64,000 bases of DNA from a virus. Lineage: Duplodnaviria > Caudoviricetes. The DNA lies in IMG/VR virus record IMGVR_UViG_3300046167_000801; one strand, written 5' to 3'. The notes below the pieces were generated by a model. It saw only the letters and a list, made by a program, of their open reading frames with translations, ran no database searches and was not told the origin of the DNA. Position 1 is the first letter of the stretch, and each line of letters begins with the position of its first letter. The translations under genes were made by a program, and so were the position numbers. Below are positions 1-11,497 of the stretch, in pieces.

Positions 1-347
1 TATGAGTTTCTTTTTATGTGTTCTTGTCTTTGATTTTGGTCGGTTATTGTACCTACTTCACCATTTCTCTCACCTCTACCAAACTCATCTCCATCAGATA
101 ATGCGTTTGTGTTTTCAATACCATAACCAAAGTTAGGACCATATTTATTTCTACCTAAGGAATCAATTCTTGTGTTAATATCTGTACTTGAACCGACTTT
201 ACCATTATTTTCTCCTTTACCTTTATCGTCCCCATCAGAAATTGCGTTGGAATGGTTAGAATCATAACTCTTTGTTTTTTGGTAATCATTTCTTGACATT
301 GATTCGTCTAAAAATTGTTTTGATATTTTTTCTATTTGACTTGCCAT
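1..347 (-). CDS. Hypothetical protein, partial (runs off window start), with two ~41-aa internal repeats
   Basis: Not in ORF track. Read by hand from ATG at 347 (TAATG overlap with the stop of 347..838): MASQIEKISKQFLDESMSRNDY...NAISDGDDKGKGENNGKVGSSTDINTRIDSLGRNKY...NALSDGDEFGRGERNGEVGTITDQNQRQEHIKRNS; no stop before base 1. Confidence 0.8.
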   Translation of the reverse strand, partial: MASQIEKISKQFLDESMSRNDYQKTKSYDSNHSNAISDGDDKGKGENNGKVGSSTDINTRIDSLGRNKYGPNFGYGIENTNALSDGDEFGRGERNGEVGTITDQNQRQEHIKRNS

Positions 348-838
348 TATAATAATTTTTTAATTCTCTCAACATCCTCAAAAATACCTAACGATGAAAT
401 GGGACTAACTGAAGTTTTATCTGAGTTAGATTTCATCATATTTCTTGGGATTGAGTAATTTGTTTTCTTATCGTGTTTCGATAGGTAAGGGTTTTTTCTT
501 ATGTCATCCAATTGTGCAATATTGTCTGCCCTTTTTTTAGATTCTTTATTGTTTTTAATAAGGTTTCTTTCTCCGTTTAAAAACTTTTTACACCATTCTA
601 ACATTTTATCTCCCCCCGCCAGATGAAATTGGTTGTGGTCACTCTCTTTATCCATGTTCTCTAAATCATGAATAATTCTTTTTGCTTGACCATAAGTAAT
701 ATTCTTAGTTCTAAGTAAATTCTTAGCCCGTTGTGTACCGTCTATCGTCTTATCACTTAATGAGTTAAAAAACTTAAGTATATAATCACAAATATCTTCA
801 GGTACTTTAAAAACCCTATCTTTAAGATCTCTATTCAT
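347..838 (-). CDS. Hypothetical phage protein (163 aa)
   Basis: ORF overlaps its neighbours in a minus-strand operon (831..1571 > 347..838 > 1..347); no recognised motif. Confidence 0.7.
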   Translation of the reverse strand: MNRDLKDRVFKVPEDICDYILKFFNSLSDKTIDGTQRAKNLLRTKNITYGQAKRIIHDLENMDKESDHNQFHLAGGDKMLEWCKKFLNGERNLIKNNKESKKRADNIAQLDDIRKNPYLSKHDKKTNYSIPRNMMKSNSDKTSVSPISSLGIFEDVERIKKLL

Positions 839-1571
839 TATCGTCTAGTAATTTAGTTATATCTGATACGTTTAAATTATTTTTCTTTAATGATCTTTTT
901 AAGGAATCTAATTGTCTTTTTAAGATTGGGTTAATTTCTTTTTCACTATCATTAACAATCTCTTTGTGATCACTTTTCTTAGAAAGAACTGTCTCAACGT
1001 AATCTTTCATGAATTTTTTTGGGTTCTCCACAAGTCTGACTTTATCCTCGGGTAATTTTTCGTCATATCCCATTGATTCTAATCTTTTCATTGCATCATC
1101 ATGAGTTAATCCTAATTCACCCGTAAAATGTTTATATGCCTTTTTAAAGTTTTCGTCGTCACCTAACGTATCATCATAACCTAACGATTTAGTTAAATCA
1201 CTTTCAGCCCAATATCTAAGTGAGGTATGTGTTCCGTGAACACCATGTGTTCCCTGTGAACCACCAACCGCCTTAGCCGTTTTATCTGTTGTTTTCTTTG
1301 ATGTTATTCCTTTAGCGTGAAAGTCGGATGCTTTACCACCTCTTTTGATATTTCCTTTTGCATCTACTATCTCATCAACATCACCCTCTTTTTCAGCAAC
1401 TTCAGGAATTTTTTCAAAGTCAGTGTCCTTAGACATTTCGTCCGCCATTTTCTTCCACTTAGCTCTTTCTTTTTTAGTTAGACTCTCATCATTGGCCTTT
1501 GCATAGAAAAAACCTTGTTGTTTTTTAGAGGTAAATTTCTCTTCTATTACCTGTTTTATAAAATTATTCAT
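831..1571 (-). CDS. Hypothetical phage protein, probably late/virion-associated
   Basis: Start reassigned to ATG 1571 (MNNFIKQ) because a sense-strand TATTTATA motif lies at 1587-1594; contains KFTSKKQQGFFYAKA; function unknown. Confidence 0.7.
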   Translation of the reverse strand: MNNFIKQVIEEKFTSKKQQGFFYAKANDESLTKKERAKWKKMADEMSKDTDFEKIPEVAEKEGDVDEIVDAKGNIKRGGKASDFHAKGITSKKTTDKTAKAVGGSQGTHGVHGTHTSLRYWAESDLTKSLGYDDTLGDDENFKKAYKHFTGELGLTHDDAMKRLESMGYDEKLPEDKVRLVENPKKFMKDYVETVLSKKSDHKEIVNDSEKEINPILKRQLDSLKRSLKKNNLNVSDITKLLDDNE

Positions 1572-1624
1572 AGAAAGTTGTTTTATTATAAATATCAAAT
1601 GTTATGAAAGATATTTATAAGAGT

Positions 1625-4393
1625 ATGAATAGTCAAGATATTTTAAGGAATTTAGGTATTAGTGTCGATGTTGTCCTCGATAATTCGGAGACTTACGATT
1701 ATGAAATTGCGGGGTTTAACAACGATTATGACCCTAAATTGTTGGATTTTGGTAATTCTATCACCTTTGACACACCTATAAAAAAAGATTTAAGTGATGA
1801 CGATTCTACTATAGAAAATATCAAACTTTGTGAGTTCGATAATACAGTAAATGACCCAAACTACATTTATTCAGGTTTAACTGTTACATTTAATTATGAT
1901 GATTTTACTGATCATTTTAATATTTTGGATAGTGAAGGAAATATTATACATGACTATGAAAATTTTATTTTAAACAATGATCTTTTTACATACACGGGAA
2001 TAACTGATGAAACACATTACTTTTTTATATGTGAGTATCCCGATAGTGCAACACCGACACCAACGGCCACAATAGAACCAACAAGTACCCCAACTCCAAC
2101 ACCTACAAGTACGGAAACTCCTACACCGACGGAAAGTAGTACGCCAACACCTACACCAACAGACACTCCATTACCTACAAGTACAGAAACCCCCACACCA
2201 ACATCTACGGAGACACCAGTACCTACAAGTACAGTAGAACCAACACCTACGAGTACAGTAGAACCAACACCTACGAGTACGGAGACACCAACACCTACAG
2301 ATACACCTATTCCAACTAGTACGGAAACTCCAACACCTACAGATACACCTATTCCAACTGCAACCAATACACCTACACCTACGAGTACTGAAACACCAAC
2401 TCCAACGGAAAGTAGTACACCTACACCTACGAGTACTGAAACACCAACTCCAACACCAACACCTACGGGGTATACCACAACTTTAAATGTGAGTACTGTT
2501 CAAAAATTCACACCATCACTTTCAGGGTTAACTTTATGGTATGCTGAGGTTACACAATCATACGTTAACAATCAAAATCAATACGACGCTACATTGAATT
2601 GGATTGAGGTAGGAACCTTTAACCCAATTGGTGACTGTTCACAGGGAAGTGGTCCTTCAAATACTCTCAGTATCATTTTATCGGGAGATCATTTGAGTTT
2701 CATTTATACATTAATCCATTTTAGAGACTCTAACGGAACCGTTATATATGGTTCTCGAATGTCGTCCTTATGTAATTACAGTTGGCAAAACGAATACCAC
2801 AAGAAGTCAGCTTCACAGATATTGAACACGAACCCAAGTTACAATTTACAATTTTCAATATATTCAAACACTCTATCACTTGTACCACCAACACCAACAG
2901 ACACACCAGTACCTACAAGTACTGAGACCCCTACCCCTACACCTACGGACACACCAGTACCTACAAGTACTGAGACTCCTACACCTACGGAAAGTAGTAC
3001 TCCAACACCTACACCAACAGATACTCCAGTACCTACAAGTACAGAAACACCTACACCAACGGCAACTGTAGAACCCACACCTACGGATACTCCTATTCCA
3101 ACTAGTACTGAAACTCCTACACCAACACCTACGGACACACCAGTACCAACTAGTACTGAAACTCCAACTCCAACACCTACGGATACACCAGTACCAACTA
3201 GTACTGAAACTCCAACTCCAACACCTACGGATACACCAGTACCAACTAGTACTGAAACTCCAACTCCAACACCTACGGATACACCTATTCCAACAAGCAC
3301 TGAGACTCCTACCCCTACACCTACGGATACACCAGTACCTACAAGCACTGAGACTCCTACCCCTACACCTACGGATACACCTATTCCAACTGCAACCAAT
3401 ACACCTACTCCTACACCTACGGATACTCCTATTCCAACTAGTACTGAAACACCAACACCAACAGCAACAGTAGAACCTACACCAACAGATACTCCTACTC
3501 CTACGAGTACGGAAACCCCAACACCTACACCGACAGACACACCAGTACCAACAGCAACAGTAGAACCTACACCTACAAGTACCCCCATTCCGACTAGTAC
3601 ACCTGTACCTAGCCCAACACCAACTCCAACAGTAAATTTATGGATTCCAACACCTGACGCTTGGTTTGATGCGTCAGACACATCAAGTTACACGCTGTCC
3701 GGATCAAACCTTACTTCAGTAACTGATAAGGCGGGTAATTTTAACATGAATGTGGATGGAACCCCGACAAGGGTTTCTAATGGATTAAATAATAAAAATG
3801 TGTGGGATTTTAACGGAAGTGAAAGTTTGATCAGTACAAACAGTGGTCCATACTCAAGTGGTGGTAATCATTGGGCAATAGGTGTATACCAATTTCATAC
3901 CACAACGTCAACAAAAGATTCTTTTTGGAGTGCGGACGGTAATAGAACTTACGCGATAAGTAGTAGTAATAGTAGTAATAATTGGTACGGTGAAATTGAT
4001 TATGATGGTAGTAACAGTATTGTTAGTGGTAAGGCCAGAAATACTTTCACACAAGGTATTAACCAATCTACATGGGCAATAGTTGCGGTAATTGCAAACA
4101 AAACCGATAATGAGTTTTATGGTAGACTAAATGGAAGTATCAAAACTCATGTAGACGTTTATAATAATTCAATGAATACCAATTGTACTGATCTACGTAT
4201 GATGAGAAATAGGTCGGGAGTAAAATTAGACGGAAGAATGGCAGAGTACTTCCATTTTGCATCCTACGTAGGTGGAGACACTAATAACTACAGTGAAGTG
4301 TGGAAGGCAGAGGGGTACTTAGCACATAAGTGGGGACTAACAAGTCTTTTACCGTCTAACCACCCGTATAAGAATAGTCCACCCACAACATAA
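1625..4393 (+). CDS. Large Pro/Thr-repeat virion protein with C-terminal LamG/concanavalin-like domain (putative fibre/adhesin)
   Basis: Two long PT tracts (~2050-2470, ~2885-3630) separate globular regions. The C-terminal domain PDAWFDASD...VWDFNG...[11 protein letters not shown] resembles LamG-like phage fibre domains. Start moved from 1604 to ATG 1625, downstream of TATTTATA at 1612. Confidence 0.65.
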   Translation: MNSQDILRNLGISVDVVLDNSETYDYEIAGFNNDYDPKLLDFGNSITFDTPIKKDLSDDDSTIENIKLCEFDNTVNDPNYIYSGLTVTFNYDDFTDHFNILDSEGNIIHDYENFILNNDLFTYTGITDETHYFFICEYPDSATPTPTATIEPTSTPTPTPTSTETPTPTESSTPTPTPTDTPLPTSTETPTPTSTETPVPTSTVEPTPTSTVEPTPTSTETPTPTDTPIPTSTETPTPTDTPIPTATNTPTPTSTETPTPTESSTPTPTSTETPTPTPTPTGYTTTLNVSTVQKFTPSLSGLTLWYAEVTQSYVNNQNQYDATLNWIEVGTFNPIGDCSQGSGPSNTLSIILSGDHLSFIYTLIHFRDSNGTVIYGSRMSSLCNYSWQNEYHKKSASQILNTNPSYNLQFSIYSNTLSLVPPTPTDTPVPTSTETPTPTPTDTPVPTSTETPTPTESSTPTPTPTDTPVPTSTETPTPTATVEPTPTDTPIPTSTETPTPTPTDTPVPTSTETPTPTPTDTPVPTSTETPTPTPTDTPVPTSTETPTPTPTDTPIPTSTETPTPTPTDTPVPTSTETPTPTPTDTPIPTATNTPTPTPTDTPIPTSTETPTPTATVEPTPTDTPTPTSTETPTPTPTDTPVPTATVEPTPTSTPIPTSTPVPSPTPTPTVNLWIPTPDAWFDASDTSSYTLSGSNLTSVTDKAGNFNMNVDGTPTRVSNGLNNKNVWDFNGSESLISTNSGPYSSGGNHWAIGVYQFHTTTSTKDSFWSADGNRTYAISSSNSSNNWYGEIDYDGSNSIVSGKARNTFTQGINQSTWAIVAVIANKTDNEFYGRLNGSIKTHVDVYNNSMNTNCTDLRMMRNRSGVKLDGRMAEYFHFASYVGGDTNNYSEVWKAEGYLAHKWGLTSLLPSNHPYKNSPPTT
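3140..3283 (+). repeat. Three exact tandem copies of a 48-nt unit ([16 protein letters not shown]) within a degenerate PT array
   Basis: ccagtaccaactagtactgaaactccaactccaacacctacggataca at 3140, 3188 and 3236. Confidence 0.95.
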
Positions 4394-4451
4394 TTTTAAT
4401 TCTTTATCTGAATATAACTAATGTTTTTACTATTTATATAGAAAAGTAAAA

Positions 4452-5474
4452 ATGTCATTAGAGATCACAGGTTTTTCAACTAACTTAATTGAATGCAGTA
4501 GTAAACTCGCAGGTGATTGTTGCCCAATAGACAGTACCTTGGATGTAAGACCTTGGGCCTACGAAATTAACAAACATGGTGGAACCGATTCGTGTGATTA
4601 TATAATTAAAAGACGACCTGAAAAGGGGTGGACACTCGACTTTGTTTTTAACAGAGAAGAGTTACCGTGGTCTGTTGGTAGTGTTTTTTACTTTTTTGGT
4701 GTGAGGGATGAAAATAATCCATCACTATACGCGGATAACAATCTCTCTTTTGGTTTTACCTCTGATGGAAGAATACAATGGAATGCTTACAGATATTCGG
4801 GTAGTTGTGTTAATGATTCATATAAAGAAACTTTTTATATAGATTCTGGTGTAACCCCAATACTTTGTGAAAATGGAACATCAAAAGATTTTAACATAAC
4901 AATTGTTTTTGATAGACACTTAAGACTCACAGAGTGTGATATTCCTAATACGGGTGGTTGGAATGATTTAATAACAGGAGATACGATTACAAACGCAATG
5001 GATATCGTACTCTCAGGTGCAACCGAACAAAACCAATATATAGAAGAACTAAATAAAGATTGGAACGACGAAAGATATGCAAGATTAGGTACATTAAAAA
5101 TATACCTCAATGGTTGGCCAATATATAAAATAGATAATTGGGAGGAAATTATACCATCTAATAGAGGTTTTCAACCGTTCATTCAATCATGGGGTGGTGG
5201 AACAACAGGATCTGGAGGTGTACATACGGGTGTTACAGGTTTTAATTTAAAACGAATTAAATATATAGAGGAACCCCTTAATGCATTACAAGTAAAACAT
5301 CATTACATAACATCAACTAAACCTCTATTTGATATTATTGAATGTCAAGATAGGTGTGAGGAGAAAGAAATATTACCTTTTAGTGAAAGGACAGTACATT
5401 ACGAAGACGACTCGGATGGGGACGGTGAGAGAGACATAATTTATACAGAAGGTGAAGACATATTAATAATATAA
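4452..5474 (+). CDS. Hypothetical virion protein, beta-rich (possibly lectin/LamG-like)
   Basis: 340-aa ORF preceded by TATTTATA at 4431; beta-strand pattern ([18 protein letters not shown]); lies between fibre-like genes. Confidence 0.6.
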   Translation: MSLEITGFSTNLIECSSKLAGDCCPIDSTLDVRPWAYEINKHGGTDSCDYIIKRRPEKGWTLDFVFNREELPWSVGSVFYFFGVRDENNPSLYADNNLSFGFTSDGRIQWNAYRYSGSCVNDSYKETFYIDSGVTPILCENGTSKDFNITIVFDRHLRLTECDIPNTGGWNDLITGDTITNAMDIVLSGATEQNQYIEELNKDWNDERYARLGTLKIYLNGWPIYKIDNWEEIIPSNRGFQPFIQSWGGGTTGSGGVHTGVTGFNLKRIKYIEEPLNALQVKHHYITSTKPLFDIIECQDRCEEKEILPFSERTVHYEDDSDGDGERDIIYTEGEDILII

Positions 5475-5487
5475 AATATTTATAATA

Positions 5488-8400
5488 ATGGCATTTAGAA
5501 GAATATCAGATTTAAGTTCAAGTTTACAACCATCAGGTGATGGTATAATACCGATTTCGGAGGGTGGAAAAACCTACGGAATCACTTTAGACACTATTAA
5601 AGGTCAGATTGAAGGGGTATTAACCTCAAGTTTCACTGACAGTTCATCTCATGGAGAGTTAAGTTCTTCGGTAGATAATAATAGTACATCAATAGACTCC
5701 CTAAATCAATTTACATCGTCTGCCGATGGTAGATTAAATTCAATAGAAACCTTTACGGGTAGTTTGGATGATACTTTCGCCACAGATTTAGAAGTAACAC
5801 AACTCAGAAATTACTTTAATTCTTATACTTCTTCTGCCAATAATATTCTTCAAGACCATGAAGTACAGAGGTGGTTACATGGTGAAAGGTTAACAAGTAT
5901 AGAAACCTTTACAGGAAGTTTATCGAACACAGTCAATGATATAATCAATATTGAAGGTAGGTTAGACTCAATAGAGGTAGAGAGTGGATCTATTAGATCA
6001 GATTTTAATTCATTTACCTCATCTTTTTTATTAATATCCGAATCTTTCGATCAAAGGATTTCGGCATTAGAAAATCCTGGTTCCACACCATCACCGACAG
6101 CGACACCCGTACCACCAACATCAACCCCTGTTCCAACAGCAACAGTAGAACCAACACCAACACCTGAACCTTTACAACCAACTCCAACATCAACAGTAGA
6201 ACCAACAGCAACAGTAGAACCAACACCAACAGCAACGGTAGAACCTACACCAACGCCTGAACCTTTACAACCTACACCGACACCAACATCCACTCAAGGA
6301 CCATCACCTACAGCAACAGTAGAACCAACCGCAACTCCTGTACCGACACCAACACCTACGGTAGAACCAACACCAACACCAACGGTAGAACCAACACCGA
6401 CACCCACATCAACACCTGAACCTCCCGTATTAGAAAGTATTTCAAGAATAAGTAATTTACAGGTTGAATCTGGCGGTATATGGGATAATGGTAACAACGC
6501 GACGTATTATTTCAATACTGATAACAATGCATCAACAAATCTTGGAGATGTAACTTGTTATTTTACTCAGTTGATATTAAATAACCCAAATCAGTATTAT
6601 GCCTCTGGTAATAACTCATACAAGATCTCAGGCTCAACTATGCAGGTGGGGTCACAAATGTATAAATCTAACGGTGATCCAGAAGATTATGTTTTTAAAT
6701 CAATAATTCATGATGGTAACGCGTTTAACGATAACTTTACTCATGGGAATACAATAACATATTACGAGACAGACGGTAATGGGGTTATAACGTACATAAC
6801 AAATCACACAATTTGTTCTCAAAGTACCCCAACTCCAACGGCAACAGAAGTTATAGAACCAACACCAACACCAACGGTAGAACCAACAAGTACCCCTGTG
6901 CCTAGTCCAACACCTAATGAAGGACCTCAACCTACACCAACACCAACGGAACAACCTGAGGCCACACCAACAGCAACTCCTGTTGGTCCAACAAGTACTC
7001 CCGTACCTAATCCGACACCAACGAGTACTACGAACATACAAGATATAAGTTTAACCCTCTATATCAATAATGATGGTGGTGTGAATCCATGGTCTGGTGG
7101 TGCAACGTACAGTGAAGTTCGAGATCATTTATGTACTTATGGAGCGACAAATGCTAACGGGACCACAAGACAAACTGATGGTGATCCTAACAACCCACAA
7201 ACAGGTGATAGATTTTATGCTGGTGGGTTTCCTTTAGAACCTTTTGGTAGAAAATTTTTAAAATATTATCCAGACATGACCGATGTTGCAAATTGGAAAT
7301 GGATAGATGTGGATAATAGTGGTTACATAACGGTTTCAGGGTTTACATGTAATGACCCTACACCAACACCGACAGTAGAACCAACAGCAACTCCTGAACC
7401 TTTACAACCTACACCAACACCAACTGTAGAACCAACAAGTACTCCTTCACCTAACCCAACGGCAACAGTTGCACCAACTGCGACACCAAACCAAACACCA
7501 GAACCTGATCCACCGACTTACTCTTTGAGTAGTACTAATTACGGTGCTGAGGGGAGTAATTTAACATTTACATTAACAACCACTGGATTACAGGATGGTG
7601 TCATAGTTCCATTTACATTAAGTGGTACTGCGACAATAGGTGACGATTATTCTGATGTTAACCCAAAAGAATTTGAAATTACCAACAATTCGTCGACGTA
7701 CACGGTAACAACATTCCAAGATAATATAACAGACGGGGGTGACGAAACAATTATATTGACATTAGATACAGTTGACAATCAAGGAAATTATACGGGTAGT
7801 ATAGGTAGAACCGCCTTTATTGGAGATACGTCTCTTACACCAACCCAAACACCTCAACCAACATCTACTCAAGGACCAACACCGACATCAACGGTAGAAC
7901 CCTACACCAACACCGGCACCATCTACTCCAACACCAACACCAACAGTTTCTTTAACGTGTTTAGATGGTGATAACGATAATACCGTAAACTATAGTGAAG
8001 TTCAATTTGGAGCGGGTAATTATTATATTTTTAATGGGAACTACGACACGTACCACACAAATACGGGGACTTATCTATTGAAGAATGTATCTATTAATCA
8101 CCCAATAACAGTATTAAATAGTGGTAAGGAAAGTCTAATTTATGTTGATGGTACACATGCAGGAAATAAGGTAGGTTCTGATGGAAATACGTATAGTTAT
8201 TACTACGGAGACGTAACCATAACTGTCCAAGGAAACTATGGAACGGTAAGTTATGAATGTTACTACCATGGGTATATGGGTGGTCAGGATAATCTTGTAT
8301 TCAGTAATACATGTTCGGTATCCCCAACACCCACACCAACTAGTACGGTTGAGCCTACGGCAACACCAGTACCACCAACATCAACTCCCGCACCAACACC

Positions 8401-9157
8401 TACAGCGACATCTGACCCAACTATTCAGGTTCTCAGAGCAATAAGCGCTATTCATCAAGTAACAGGAAATAACACATATTTAACAGGTTCCGATTTTTAT
8501 GGATTATCAGCACAAGAGTTCTATTGTGAAATGCAATCTTATGAACAACCCGGAACGTGGGCAAGTTTCTATTCAGGAGATGGTACGTGGGAACTTAATA
8601 CCCAACTTTATAATTACCAAAATGGTGGAATGGGTTCCGCATCGACATTTACAGGTACCTACATGTTTAGAACAAACTATAATAATGGAGCATTAGAATA
8701 TTGGGTTGTAACAGTAACTAATGGAGTAGTAAGTTTTATACAACAAGTTTACTACGACGGTAGTGGAGATTTAATTTCAACAGGTATTGGTCAACTTACG
8801 GCTTGTCCAACTCCGACACCTACACCTACACCATCAGCAACTGAGACTATTGACCCAACCCCAACTCCGACAATACCTCCAAGTCAAACACCTCAACCTA
8901 CGCCTACGAGTACACCATCACCAACAACAACTGTGAATCCGACAAGTACACCCGTACCTAGTCCAACACCAACGGTAGAACCAACAAGTACACCCGTACC
9001 TAGTCCAACACCAACGGAACAACCTGAGGCCACACCAACCCCAACCCCTAATCAAGAACCCACACCAACACCACAGACACCAACAGCAACTCCTGTTGGT
9101 CCAACGCCGACACCTACGGTTGATGCCGCTAATACGATATTTGTTCATTACCCATAA
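5488..9157 (+). CDS. Modular fibre/adhesin-like protein (~1222 aa), split by one extra C at 7900-7902
   Basis: Joins track ORFs 5488..7971 and 8078..9157. Removing one C from gaaCCCtac restores [35 protein letters not shown] in frame with 8078. Has N-terminal helical ETFTGS-type repeats, five globular modules between PT linkers, and a Calx-beta/Ig-like module ([24 protein letters not shown]). Confidence 0.7.
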
Positions 9158-9170
9158 AACTTAATAGATC

Positions 9171-10967
9171 ATGACAAACGATAAAATAATAGAAATAACA
9201 TCACAATTAAATCGAACAACTACTGAAGATATTGTTTCGGTTTCATATGGTACAAAAACCGTAAATGGTAAATTAACAAGTGAAAAATCTATAGTCTTTA
9301 CTGTTAAAGAAAAAAAACCTTTAGAGAATATTGATGAATCAGATAGATTACCGTCAACAGTAGAGATCGATGGCGAGACGATTAAAACCGACGTTATTGA
9401 AGGTGTAGTAATGACTCAACAGGGATTTGCTCAAACATGTGATCCACAATTCTATTCGTGGCAAGGAATACCACCTGCCAACAGAAATATACATAGACCA
9501 TTAATGGGTGGAATCTCAATGACTAATTGGGATTCGTTAGGTGGTTTTGTAGGAACGATGGGTTTTATTGCGGTGGATAACGAAGATAACACTTTAGTTG
9601 CGGTTTCGAATAACCACGTTTTAGTTAATGACGCGTTTTTAACGAGTGAAAGAAACCCTAATGGTGTAAGAACTAACGTATTCCAAAATATATGTACACA
9701 ACCTAATGATGGGGCAAACACGGGTCCAAATTTTAAGGTGGGTATGGTAAAAAAATATGAACCTATTAGTTCTAATAATAAATCTGATTGTGCTTTGATG
9801 GCCATAGATGATATTAGTTTAATTGACCCTTCGGTTTCATGGAACCAATTCGGTATTACGGGTATGACCCAAGCACCAAGATTTGCAACTACTCAGGAAA
9901 TAAATGTTATGTTGGAAGATCCAACTCAAGAATATTATATATCTAGTAGAACAACAGGTGCTAAGGGACAACAAGACACTAAACTTTTAAACTATGCTTT
10001 GGGTAGTTCTGTATTAATAGGATATAAAAAACAAGGTGTATTAACTAACGTGTATATGGATGATACATTTGAATTAGTTGCAAGTGGTTCTACCACCCCT
10101 GCGGGTGATTTATGTATTTGGCCATCGGCGGGTGGGGATTCGGGATCCGCAGTTTTAGCAACAATAAATGAAGAATTTGTTATTGTTGGTCTTTTATATG
10201 GGGGAAGATATATGCAACAAGATGAAACTCAAGTGGGTATACATACCCTATGTAACAGAATCGATAATATTGCAAATGATCTTAATATACGTGCATGGGA
10301 TGGTACTTTTAATGGAGTTACCGTAAATAATGTAGGAGGTCCATTAACATATGTTGTTAGTGGTACTAGTAATAAGAAAAGAATTAAAGTTGGTGCTCTT
10401 ACGTTTTGGCAACACGGGTTAATTAGTGATTCTGTAATGCAACCTGATCCAACACCACAGCCAACACCAACAGTAGTCCCTACACAGGTACCAACCTCCA
10501 CACCACAACCAACACCAACAGCGACAGTGGCACCTACACCAACACCAACACAGGTTCCTAACCCAACAGCAACGGTAGCACCAACACCGACACCACAAAC
10601 TTTACCATTCTCTCTTTCTCTTAATAGGGAAAATGTATGTACCGTAGCTCAAGTAATATTAGAAATAAATAATGTACAGCAAGGTGCGGTTATTAATATT
10701 ATTGAGGGTGGTATTCTTACGGCCACACCAAGAAGTGCAACAGTTACTGTAGGTGACGTAATAAGAGTTAGATATAAGTCAGCTAACAACACTAATTCGT
10801 GTAGTGAGTATGATACAACAAGTGTTTCTCTAACTGATACATCCACAGGAAATGTATTGTCCGCGGCATCACAGAATACATCATTATATACCGATTATGT
10901 TCATACAGTTCAAGTTTCCGATACAAATATTGGTTGGACATTTGAACTTTCCAACAATCTCGTGTAA
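9171..10967 (+). CDS. Trypsin/chymotrypsin-fold serine protease (Nal1-like) with PT linker and C-terminal beta domain
   Basis: Catalytic motifs in order: SNNHVL (His), KSDCAL (Asp), GGDSGS (Ser). Has an N-terminal pro-like region, then a PT linker (~10445-10600). Confidence 0.8.
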   Translation: MTNDKIIEITSQLNRTTTEDIVSVSYGTKTVNGKLTSEKSIVFTVKEKKPLENIDESDRLPSTVEIDGETIKTDVIEGVVMTQQGFAQTCDPQFYSWQGIPPANRNIHRPLMGGISMTNWDSLGGFVGTMGFIAVDNEDNTLVAVSNNHVLVNDAFLTSERNPNGVRTNVFQNICTQPNDGANTGPNFKVGMVKKYEPISSNNKSDCALMAIDDISLIDPSVSWNQFGITGMTQAPRFATTQEINVMLEDPTQEYYISSRTTGAKGQQDTKLLNYALGSSVLIGYKKQGVLTNVYMDDTFELVASGSTTPAGDLCIWPSAGGDSGSAVLATINEEFVIVGLLYGGRYMQQDETQVGIHTLCNRIDNIANDLNIRAWDGTFNGVTVNNVGGPLTYVVSGTSNKKRIKVGALTFWQHGLISDSVMQPDPTPQPTPTVVPTQVPTSTPQPTPTATVAPTPTPTQVPNPTATVAPTPTPQTLPFSLSLNRENVCTVAQVILEINNVQQGAVINIIEGGILTATPRSATVTVGDVIRVRYKSANNTNSCSEYDTTSVSLTDTSTGNVLSAASQNTSLYTDYVHTVQVSDTNIGWTFELSNNLV

Positions 10968-10996
10968 ATAAAAAAATAGATTGAATATTTATTAGT

Positions 10997-11365
10997 ATGG
11001 AATTTTTTATACGAAAAGGGGCTACAGACCCATTATTAAAATTAAGGTTGGTTGACGACGGTAAAAACGATAAGTCTTCTTTAAACGACTTATTAGAAAA
11101 TGCCGACATTAGGTTTGATATGATTGATATCGAAACAGAGGTTCCTGAAATTTTAGGTGGTGAATGTTTATTGACAACAAGAACCAAAAAGTATGACCAA
11201 ACTACAGAAGAATATTACATTACATATAGGTTCACATCAGAACAAACAAAAGAATCGGGTAAATTCGAGGGAATAGTTAACATACAATTTAGAGACACAG
11301 ATTTACTACCCACAAATAAACTCATCGTTCCAATTAAGGAAAAACTCTACATTAACATCATTTAG
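10997..11365 (+). CDS. Small Ig-like structural protein (BppU N-terminal-like)
   Basis: MEFFIRKGATDPLLKLRL...YRFTSEQT..SGKFEG..I pattern of BppU-type domains; TATTTAT at 10986. Confidence 0.5.
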   Translation: MEFFIRKGATDPLLKLRLVDDGKNDKSSLNDLLENADIRFDMIDIETEVPEILGGECLLTTRTKKYDQTTEEYYITYRFTSEQTKESGKFEGIVNIQFRDTDLLPTNKLIVPIKEKLYINII

Positions 11366-11405
11366 AAAGTGCGCAAACATTAATGGAGAATATATGATAT
11401 CCGTA

Positions 11406-11436
11406 TTGATATTATAACTTATTTTTCATATCTTTG
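11406..11436 (+). promoter_or_regulatory. Bacteroidota-type sigma-A promoter upstream of DNA polymerase
   Basis: TTG (11406-08), 20-nt spacer, TATCTTTG (11429-36); matches the -33 TTG / -7 TAnnTTTG consensus. Confidence 0.7.
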
Positions 11437-11497
11437 TATTAATTAAGGCAAACTATCCAACTAAGGGTAAGCTAATGTGTCATCCAATTTTAATACA

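Noticed and set aside
2017-3681. Minus-strand Val/Gly-rich ORFs (2017..2478, 2839..3681; likewise 6051..6497, 10229..10501)
   Set aside because: Antisense shadows of Pro/Thr codons (CCN/ACN read as VG repeats); no start context or late motif.
1625-10967. Diversity-generating retroelement acting on the fibre genes
   Set aside because: No reverse transcriptase and no template/variable repeat pair differing only at adenines was seen; the similarities are confined to PT linkers.
11446-11480. GGCAAAC plus small hairpin TATCC-AACTAA-GGGTA in the polymerase leader (c-di-GMP-I-like start, or T4 gene 43 operator-like)
   Set aside because: Only a 5-bp stem with a G-U pair; the remaining riboswitch elements are absent. 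Too weak to call.
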